From: Chitinophagaceae bacterium
GTDB lineage: Bacteria > Bacteroidota > Bacteroidia > Chitinophagales > Chitinophagaceae
Assembly (NCBI GenBank): GCA_044353325.1
Contig: JBILCF010000001.1
Span: forward strand, 5,284-69,283
Direction of reading: 5' to 3'
DNA length: 64,000 nucleotides
This document shows positions 56,802 to 64,000 of this stretch, one piece after another. Numbering within the stretch: the first letter of the stretch is position 1; every line of letters starts with the position of its first letter. Under the pieces are notes generated by a model. The model was given only the letters and a program-made list of their open reading frames with translations, did not search any database and was not told where the DNA came from. Both the position numbers and the translations under genes were made by a program.

Positions 56802-58457
56802 CTAACCAACATACTCTTTCAACTCCTCTTCAAAATACATCAATGCATTTTTGATCGGTAAAGGCAAGCCACCTCCTAATGCACACAGCGAACCTATTTC
56901 CATCGTTTCTAACAAATCGTTTAAAAGTGTTCGATCTATTTTATAGTCCGTATGTATAGCTTTGTCAAACATCTCTTTACCTCTTGTACTACCGAGTCTG
57001 CAAGGGAAGCATTTGCCACAACTTTCGTGCGCTGTGAACTCAAATAAATGATGCAAATATTTAACCAATGGAAAATTCTGTGGAATGCAAACTACAGAAG
57101 CATGTCCCAATAAGAATCCATTTTCTTGAAATGATTCGAAGGTTATATTTAAATCTTTAATTTTTGAAACAGGCACTAAACCACCTAAAGGTCCTCCTAT
57201 ATGCATGGCTTTGATGTCCGATTTGAAACCCTGTCCTAATTCTTCAATGACAGTTTGCAACGGCGTACCCATATCCACTTCATAGATACCTGGTCGATTA
57301 ACAAAACTATCCAATGAAACTAATTTTGTACCTGTAGATTTACCTTTTCCAACAGAAGCAAATGCTTCTCCACCTTGGTTTAATATAAATGGAATACAAG
57401 CTAATGTTTCGACATTATTGACCACGGTTGGCTTATTGAAAAGGCCCATCTGAGCAGGATACGGAGGGCGTACTCGAACTTCTGGTCGTTGACCTTCTAT
57501 ACTTGAAAGCAACGCAGTTTCTTCGCCACAGATATACGCACCTTGTGCATGAATGACTTTGAAATCAAATGAAAAATCAGTTCCTAAAATATTCGAACCT
57601 AATAATTTTAAATCATATAATTTTTTAATTTCTGCTTCGCAAATAGCAATGCTTTCAGGATATTCTCCACGTATATACAATACACCCCAACTAGCACCTA
57701 TCATATAACCAGCCAACATCATACCCAACAAAACCGAATGTGGTTGTTGCTCCAACAAATAGCGATCGCTATATGCACCTGGATCACCTTCATCGGCATT
57801 GCAAACGACAAACTTAGTATCGCTTGGTGTATTCTTACAACTTTCAAATTTAAAAGCAGTCGGGAAACCGGCACCACCTCTTCCTCTTAATCCACTTGTT
57901 TTTAATTCAGCCAACAATGCTTCGGGCGTTTTGGTCAATGATGTTTTGAGTAATTCATAATAGTGATCAATGGAAGAAAATGGTTTTGTCAATACTTGAG
58001 TGCCATGATGACCTACAAAATAATAATCTTGATTTAAATCTTCGGCCGATTGCCAACTGTTGGTTGCTAAATGTTCAATACTTTGACCAGAAAAGTTTTT
58101 ACCATCATAATGAAATGCACTGCCTTCATGACATCGGCCTAAACAATACATCATGCCTATTTCCTCCTCTTTGAAATTCGCTTTCAATTGTTGTGTCAAA
58201 CCCTGTTGCGTTCCTGCACACATACAAGCGCTACCCTCGCATACATATACTTTTTTGCCTTTATTTTCTGGTCGTGTAAAATCGTAGAATGTAGCAGTCC
58301 CATAAGTATTTGCTTTGCCTATCAAAAACTCTTTGGCCAATCGTTCAGTTTCTTCGACAGAAACCGCTCCTGTTTCTTTTGCGGCATGGCCTAATTTCTC
58401 AAATAAATTATCTGTTAATCCTTTACGTCCCGATAGTTCGCTGATATTGAATGACAT
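56802..58457 (-). CDS. NuoE-like [2Fe-2S] / NuoF-like NADH-FMN-[4Fe-4S] fusion protein
   Basis: 551 aa. N-terminal C-x4-C...C-x3-C (VCEGSACMCAG...YCLGRCHEG). GRGGAGFPT FMN/NAD site. ESCGKCFPCRLG 4Fe-4S motif. Confidence 0.8.
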   Translation of the reverse strand: MSFNISELSGRKGLTDNLFEKLGHAAKETGAVSVEETERLAKEFLIGKANTYGTATFYDFTRPENKGKKVYVCEGSACMCAGTQQGLTQQLKANFKEEEIGMMYCLGRCHEGSAFHYDGKNFSGQSIEHLATNSWQSAEDLNQDYYFVGHHGTQVLTKPFSSIDHYYELLKTSLTKTPEALLAELKTSGLRGRGGAGFPTAFKFESCKNTPSDTKFVVCNADEGDPGAYSDRYLLEQQPHSVLLGMMLAGYMIGASWGVLYIRGEYPESIAICEAEIKKLYDLKLLGSNILGTDFSFDFKVIHAQGAYICGEETALLSSIEGQRPEVRVRPPYPAQMGLFNKPTVVNNVETLACIPFILNQGGEAFASVGKGKSTGTKLVSLDSFVNRPGIYEVDMGTPLQTVIEELGQGFKSDIKAMHIGGPLGGLVPVSKIKDLNITFESFQENGFLLGHASVVCIPQNFPLVKYLHHLFEFTAHESCGKCFPCRLGSTRGKEMFDKAIHTDYKIDRTLLNDLLETMEIGSLCALGGGLPLPIKNALMYFEEELKEYVG

Positions 58458-58587
58458 AGTATAAATTGTTTGACGAAAGTACTCATTTTTTTTATCCTAT
58501 TCAATTTTAGAATCGAAATGATTGCTACAAAATTTGATCTTCTAAAAAGTATGGTTTAAAACTTCTACTCATGTATTTTCGCATCAC

Positions 58588-60366
58588 ATGAATTTGACAC
58601 TACAACAACAAACTATTATAGCATCGAAAGGTAACATCAAAATTAATGCTGTAGCCGGTTCGGGCAAGACGACCACGATTATCGAATATGCCAAAACTCG
58701 CCCTATAAGTGCAAAAATTTTGTATTTAGCATTTAATAAATCGGTCAAACTAGAAGCCGAACACAAATTTGCTCAACATCGATTAAGCAATGTGCGTATA
58801 GAAACTGCTCACTCCTTAGCCTATAGACAAATCGTTGCAGGCTCTTCTTACACTATAAAACAAGGCGATTACAAACCTTATGAATTGGTACGCTTGCTTG
58901 AAATGACTGGCTTAAGTGCAAACCACGAATTATTTATCATAGCCAATCATATTCTAAAAATGGCATCGCTGTTTTGTAACAGTATGGCCCAAAAAGTATC
59001 CGAAATCGATTATGTAAAAACAATAACAGATGCTAAAGCTAAAGCATTTGTGAACTATAATTTTAAAAATATTGAATTTTATACACGACAATTTTTGGCC
59101 AAAATGGATCGAGGAGAAATAGAAATAACGCATGACTTTTACTTGAAAAAATTTCAATTATCAAATCCTGTTTTACCTTTCGATTATATCTTATTTGATG
59201 AAGGACAAGATGCATCACCTGCGATGCTAGATATATTTTTAAAACAACAATTTGCAACTAAAGTTATTGTTGGCGATACTCATCAGCAAATTTACAGTTG
59301 GCGATATGCTATCAATTCACTCGAACAAGTCGATTTTGAATCCTTTGATTTAAATAATAGTTTTAGATTCGGAAAAACAATTGCAACACTAGCCAATGAT
59401 TCATTGTACTTAAAAAATAAACTCTCAAAATTCAAACCCTTTGAAGTAATTGGACTGGGTACGAATGAAGAAACAAAAACCCAAGCTGTCATAGCACGCA
59501 CAAATTTGGGCTTGTTAATTAAAGCAATCACTTATATCACAGACCATAGAAAAGTAAAACATATCTATTTTGAAGGTAATTTTAATTCGTACACCTATGC
59601 AGACGAAGGTGCTTCCTTGTATGATGTATTGAATCTGTACAATAAAAAACATTTTCTGATACGGGATGAATTATTAAAAACCATGCGTTCAATTACCGAG
59701 CTTGAAGACTATATCGAAAAAACAGAAGATAAACAATTGCAAATGATGTTGGAGATAGTCAAAGAATACGAAAACGAAATACCATCGCTTTTAAAACAAT
59801 TGAAAGATAAACATGTTGGTGATGCCGAAAAGCACAAAGCAGAGATTATTTTCAGTACAGTGCATCGCTGCAAAGGAATGGAATATGATGTCGTAGAATT
59901 GGCCAACGATTTTATCACAGAAGATAAGTTAGAACGACTATCAAAACAGCCCGAATTCAAGGAGCAAAAAAGTAGAATAGAAGAAGAAATCAATTTGTTG
60001 TATGTAGCAATTACTCGAGCAAAAACAGTTTTAAAAATTCCAGAAGAAATGTTACCCGAAAATTTTGTGTTGGATACAAGTGTTGTCGCGATAAAAAAAC
60101 CTGAACCAGTTCTCAAGCAAGAAATTGCATTACCAAACTATGCTGTTCGAAAAAAATCATCATATCTGCAAGAGTTCGATTCTCATTTTTCTAAAATTAG
60201 AGAAAAGAGCCCTTCAGCTTATCGCCCTTGGTCAGATGAATTAGATGAAGAGTTAGAAACCATGTTTGATGCTGGTAAAACGTACCAAGAAATGTCTGTT
60301 GAATTTGAACGCAGTAAAGGTGCAATTATTTCAAGGTTAAAAAAATTAGGTCTAATTCCCTCTTAA
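58588..60366 (+). CDS. UvrD-like SF1 helicase with C-terminal helix-turn-helix-like tail
   Basis: 592 aa. Motif I AVAGSGKTT, II FDEGQD, III VGDTHQQIYSWR, V/VI STVHRCKGMEYDVV and LLYVAITRAK. Last ~48 aa are W-x-D-E-x-D-x-x-L...G-x-T-x-x-E-M...RSKGAIISRLKKLGL. Confidence 0.8.
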   Translation: MNLTLQQQTIIASKGNIKINAVAGSGKTTTIIEYAKTRPISAKILYLAFNKSVKLEAEHKFAQHRLSNVRIETAHSLAYRQIVAGSSYTIKQGDYKPYELVRLLEMTGLSANHELFIIANHILKMASLFCNSMAQKVSEIDYVKTITDAKAKAFVNYNFKNIEFYTRQFLAKMDRGEIEITHDFYLKKFQLSNPVLPFDYILFDEGQDASPAMLDIFLKQQFATKVIVGDTHQQIYSWRYAINSLEQVDFESFDLNNSFRFGKTIATLANDSLYLKNKLSKFKPFEVIGLGTNEETKTQAVIARTNLGLLIKAITYITDHRKVKHIYFEGNFNSYTYADEGASLYDVLNLYNKKHFLIRDELLKTMRSITELEDYIEKTEDKQLQMMLEIVKEYENEIPSLLKQLKDKHVGDAEKHKAEIIFSTVHRCKGMEYDVVELANDFITEDKLERLSKQPEFKEQKSRIEEEINLLYVAITRAKTVLKIPEEMLPENFVLDTSVVAIKKPEPVLKQEIALPNYAVRKKSSYLQEFDSHFSKIREKSPSAYRPWSDELDEELETMFDAGKTYQEMSVEFERSKGAIISRLKKLGLIPS

Positions 60367-62048
60367 TAATCATATTGTTTACGAACTGCATTTAAACGGA
60401 AGCCTGTATATACTTGAAAACTCTGAAAGCTTGGATTAGATGGATGTGTAGCTTTTTCATATCTATAGTTTGCACCTAAATCAATGAACAAGTTATGCTT
60501 TAATTCGTACGATACGTTTAAGTTTCCAAATAATATTTCTGTTGGAAAACCATTAAACAATTGTATTCCATACTCTGCATTTTTATTGATGTAAGGATCA
60601 AAAATGTCTCCGCCAAATGCCACATTCGATAAAGTATCTTTACCTTGTTTGTTGTAAAATGCTTTGGCCGTTAAGTATAATTTTTGTATTGGTTTGTATC
60701 GAACGATCACACTTGCTTCCATAAAGTTTGCGCCATAAGGATGCGCCAAAGATTGATTGTAATGTGTATAATTTGAAACAGAATCACGCGAATAAGTAAA
60801 AGGTCTTACCATATTGACTTCTGTTTGAAGCATTAGGTTTTTAATTCCAAATACATCAGCCATTTTTGCGCCTAATTGAATGCCATATTTATTGGCCCAC
60901 CAACCTTTGTTTGCTTTTAACTCAGAAAATTTAAATTCGTCTAATAGCAATTGTCCATAAAGGACAGCTTTTACCCCTGTATTGATTTTAAAATTGGCTC
61001 CAAGCATTGCATTATCAGGACTGCCATTCATTTGTTCTACACTTCTGTAAAAAATGACTGGATTCATGTATGTAAAATCAAAATGATCTTTTCGTCCAAA
61101 TACTATTGTTTCAAATACACCTAAGTTCAACCATTTTGTTGGATTAAAACTCAACTGATGCATTGTTGCATATTTCTTTGGTAGAAGTCTATCGCTTCTT
61201 CGGGCATATTGTGGTGTCAATTCCATAAATAAATTTTGATAATTGAACTTCCACAATCGTGTATTTAATTTTAAGAATAAATAATTGCTACCAAAATCGC
61301 TTAAAAACAAACTACGATATCCATCTCCTAGATGAAATCTATCATGTCCAAATGTAATGTTGATAGCATCTTTGACAACTTCAGCATCTACATATCCTGC
61401 AGCAAACAGATAATCGTTTGCCAAACCAGCTTTTTCGGGTTTAAACGTTTTGTAATATGCGGTGCCTGGCACAGCTTTGTTTAATGCTACATAATTTTGA
61501 TGATGTTGAGGTCCTCTTTCCTGATTATCCGTAAATACAGTATAAAAACTAACTCGCTTTCTCAATGTCCCTCTAGCTTCTATACCTCTGGAATTAAAGA
61601 AAAGGTTTTGATTTGTATTTTTTGATTCAGCCATTTGTTGATAGTAAATGATAGGATTTAACGAAAATGAATTGCCATCCTTACTGTAATGCAAAAAGTC
61701 AGATTTTGTTTTGTAAAACGTATTAAAAAGAGGGTTTTTAGATTTGATGGAACCATTGCCATTATAAGCCCATTCTGAATTTTTAGCAATAAATACTGCG
61801 ATGTCTTCTTTATCTATTTTAGACAGACTAGATTCATTCTGAGCTAAATATTCTTCTAGGTACTCTACTGCATCTTTTCTTGACAATGGATTTTGCGATG
61901 TAACTAGACTATCAGAAACATGTTTACTAAGTATATCTAATCGCTCTATTAAGTAGCTATCATCCATATTTCGTTTGATGTACGAAGATTGAGCAAATGA
62001 TGTTATGACTGAACATAACAAGGTTAGACAAATAAACCCTTTTTTCAT
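60363..62048 (-). CDS. outer-membrane beta-barrel protein, possibly capsule-assembly Wzi-like
   Basis: 561 aa. Signal peptide. Alternating beta-strand pattern, aromatic-rich, C-terminal ...YTGFRLNAVRKQYDY. The family assignment is from memory of Wzi-like proteins and is tentative. Confidence 0.45.
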   Translation of the reverse strand: MKKGFICLTLLCSVITSFAQSSYIKRNMDDSYLIERLDILSKHVSDSLVTSQNPLSRKDAVEYLEEYLAQNESSLSKIDKEDIAVFIAKNSEWAYNGNGSIKSKNPLFNTFYKTKSDFLHYSKDGNSFSLNPIIYYQQMAESKNTNQNLFFNSRGIEARGTLRKRVSFYTVFTDNQERGPQHHQNYVALNKAVPGTAYYKTFKPEKAGLANDYLFAAGYVDAEVVKDAINITFGHDRFHLGDGYRSLFLSDFGSNYLFLKLNTRLWKFNYQNLFMELTPQYARRSDRLLPKKYATMHQLSFNPTKWLNLGVFETIVFGRKDHFDFTYMNPVIFYRSVEQMNGSPDNAMLGANFKINTGVKAVLYGQLLLDEFKFSELKANKGWWANKYGIQLGAKMADVFGIKNLMLQTEVNMVRPFTYSRDSVSNYTHYNQSLAHPYGANFMEASVIVRYKPIQKLYLTAKAFYNKQGKDTLSNVAFGGDIFDPYINKNAEYGIQLFNGFPTEILFGNLNVSYELKHNLFIDLGANYRYEKATHPSNPSFQSFQVYTGFRLNAVRKQYDY

Positions 62049-62082
62049 ATTGAATAAAATAGATTTTAAAGGTAATTCATTT

Positions 62083-62090
62083 TAACTTTG
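62083..62090 (+). promoter_or_regulatory. -7-type box TAACTTTG upstream of pyrC, inside a 14-bp palindrome
   Basis: TAACTTTG lies 16 nt before ATG 62107. It overlaps the perfect palindrome ACTTTGTACAAAGT (62085-62098). Confidence 0.35.
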
Positions 62091-62106
62091 TACAAAGTAA
62101 AATCGA

Positions 62107-63453
62107 ATGGAAAATTACATTATCAAAAATATTCAAGTAGTAAATGAAGGAATCATTACATCTAAAGATGTGTATGTAAAAAAAGGTCGTTTTGAAAAAA
62201 TAGACCGAGAAATCAATGTGAAAGAAGCTACACTTGAAATCAATGGGGAGGGTTTACATTTATTACCTGGTCTAATAGACGATCAAGTACATTTTAGAGA
62301 ACCTGGCTTGACACACAAAGCAAATATTGCCTCGGAATCTCGTGCTGCTGTAGCTGGAGGTGTAACCAGTTTTATGGAAATGCCCAATGTAAATCCACCT
62401 TCACTAAATCTAGAATTGCTAGAACAAAAATATGCGCGTGCATCCCAAGTTTCACCTGCAAATTATAGTTTTTTCATGGGCGTTTCAAATGACAATGCTG
62501 AACAAGCTCTCCAAATCAATAAACACAAGAATGACATTTGTGGACTTAAAATATTCATGGGTTCAAGTACTGGCAATATGCTTGTTGACAATATAGTCAC
62601 CTTAGAAAATATATTTTCAAATAGTGAAGTATTAATTGCAATCCACAGCGAACATGAAGGAATAGCTCAAGCTAATAAAAAACGTCTCCTTGATGAAGGC
62701 GTAAATATTAATCATGCTCGTTTTCATCCTATCATTAGGGATGTTGATACTTGTTATGAAATGTCAGTCTCAGCGATACAAATGGCAATGAAGTTTGATA
62801 CACGTCTACATATTTTACATATTACTACCGAAAAAGAATTGCAATTGTTTAGTAATATGTTACCGCTCAAAGATAAACGTATTACATCTGAAGTGTGTGT
62901 ACATCATTTGTACTTCACAGCTGATGATTATGAACAATTTGGCAATTTGATTAAATGCAATCCAGCTATCAAAGCCAAGGAAAACAAAGAAGCCTTATGG
63001 AAAGCTTTAATAGATGATCGTTTAGATATTATTGCCACGGATCACGCTCCTCATACTTGGGACGAAAAGCAACAAGATTATTTGAATGCCCCAGCTGGTG
63101 TGCCTTTAATACAACACAGTTTATTGATGCTTCTTGAGGCTTATCATGAAGGTCGTATATCATTAGAAAAAATTGTAGAAAAAGCGTGTCATGCGCCAGC
63201 AGAATGTTTTCAGATTAAAGATCGTGGATATATTCGTGAAGGGTATTATGCCGATGCAGTACTAGTCGATTTGAATAAACCTACAACGGTTAGTAAAAAT
63301 AATCTTCTGTATAAATGTGGATGGAGTCCTTTAGAGGGTCATACTTTTAAAGGTGCTATTGAGAAAACATTTGTGAGTGGGAATCTTGTTTATACAGATG
63401 GTCGAGTTTTAGAAGGTAAACAAGGTATGCGTTTGGGTTTCGATAGGAAATAA
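62107..63453 (+). CDS. pyrC: dihydroorotase (cyclic amidohydrolase family)
   Basis: 448 aa. Metal-binding DDQVHFREPG, GLKIFMG and ATDHAPH motifs. Confidence 0.8.
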   Translation: MENYIIKNIQVVNEGIITSKDVYVKKGRFEKIDREINVKEATLEINGEGLHLLPGLIDDQVHFREPGLTHKANIASESRAAVAGGVTSFMEMPNVNPPSLNLELLEQKYARASQVSPANYSFFMGVSNDNAEQALQINKHKNDICGLKIFMGSSTGNMLVDNIVTLENIFSNSEVLIAIHSEHEGIAQANKKRLLDEGVNINHARFHPIIRDVDTCYEMSVSAIQMAMKFDTRLHILHITTEKELQLFSNMLPLKDKRITSEVCVHHLYFTADDYEQFGNLIKCNPAIKAKENKEALWKALIDDRLDIIATDHAPHTWDEKQQDYLNAPAGVPLIQHSLLMLLEAYHEGRISLEKIVEKACHAPAECFQIKDRGYIREGYYADAVLVDLNKPTTVSKNNLLYKCGWSPLEGHTFKGAIEKTFVSGNLVYTDGRVLEGKQGMRLGFDRK

Positions 63454-63518
63454 TTAAATTCTAGGATTTCAATCATAGCTTCGTTGTATATTTACATTCT
63501 AATAATCTACTAAATTAT

Positions 63519-64000
63519 ATGATGGTAAAATTGTTTGCCAGTGCGGTGTATGGTGTTGAAGCTATCACAATCACTACTGAGGTGGACGTACTCGACGGCT
63601 TAAAATTTTTTGTGGTAGGCTTACCAGATAATGCCGTTAAAGAAAGTCAACATCGTGTCGAAAGTGCGATTAAAAACAATCATTATCGTTTTCCACGTAT
63701 CAAAGTAGTCGTCAATCTTTCGCCAGCTGATATACGCAAAACAGGCAGTGCGTTTGACTTACCCATAGCCATTGGCATACTAGCTGCAACAGAACAAGTC
63801 AATAAAGAGAACCTTCATAAATATGTCATCATGGGCGAGTTGTCTTTAGACGGCACTATTTTACCTATCAAAGGGGCTTTACCCATAGCTATTCAAGCCC
63901 GCAAAGAAGGTTTTGAAGCCTTGTTTGTACCCAAACAAAATGAACGTGAAGCTGGGTTAGTGAACAACTTAAATGTATATGGCATTTCGCATATCAATGA
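63519..64000 (+). CDS. YifB/ComM family Mg-chelatase-like ATPase (5' partial, runs off the window)
   Basis: Open frame from ATG 63519. (M)MVKLFASAVYGVEAITITTEVDV...VVGLPDNAVKESQHRVESAIKN...NLSPADIRKTGSAFDLPIAIGILAA is the Lon-like N-domain of YifB. Not in the ORF track because there is no stop inside the window. Confidence 0.85.
   Translation, partial: MMVKLFASAVYGVEAITITTEVDVLDGLKFFVVGLPDNAVKESQHRVESAIKNNHYRFPRIKVVVNLSPADIRKTGSAFDLPIAIGILAATEQVNKENLHKYVIMGELSLDGTILPIKGALPIAIQARKEGFEALFVPKQNEREAGLVNNLNVYGISHIN

Noticed and set aside
1-64000. Scan for tRNA, rRNA, tmRNA, RNase P and SRP-like sequences and for toxin-antitoxin pairs.
   Set aside because: I saw no T-loop/acceptor-type signatures, no long GC-rich structured non-coding stretches apart from those reported, and no small adjacent gene pairs with TA-like features. 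A covariance-model scan would be needed to exclude small RNAs.

Overview
This is a low-GC chromosomal segment that reads as Bacteroidota. Supporting evidence: five proteins end in type-A T9SS C-terminal sorting domains, there is a SusC/SusD pair, DUF1573 and DUF2480 proteins are present, and two promoters fit TTG-N20-TAnnTTTG. About 50 protein-coding genes can be supported. Housekeeping genes include ddl, moaA, tatC, tadA, rpsA, rplM-rpsI-rpsB-tsf, fhs, fdhD, rsmA, mutL, pyrC and a transketolase N-subunit. These are interleaved with many secreted or surface accessory genes. I found no rRNA, tRNA, CRISPR array, transposase or integrase. Several ORF-track starts are TTG/GTG extensions, and I trimmed them to the first plausible ATG. 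No complete novel multi-gene system can be proven from sequence alone. The best candidates for follow-up are: (1) a 1144-aa T9SS protein whose PNGase F-like fold appears split by a ~520-aa insertion, inside a run of four co-directional secreted-protein genes (45.3-55.5 kb); (2) a His-rich anchor protein / TonB-dependent receptor / lipoprotein / M36-like protease locus that looks like a metal (zinc?) acquisition module (11.5-18.0 kb); (3) an AT-rich island with three overlapping orphan lipoprotein genes (1.0-4.3 kb); (4) two blocks of degenerate heptanucleotide repeats in the tadA / DUF1573-tatC spacer; (5) a recurring TAnnTTTG-N4-ATG arrangement that suggests leaderless mRNAs; (6) an SF1 helicase with a C-terminal HTH tail beside an orphan NuoE-NuoF fusion and a DUF4143 ATPase.
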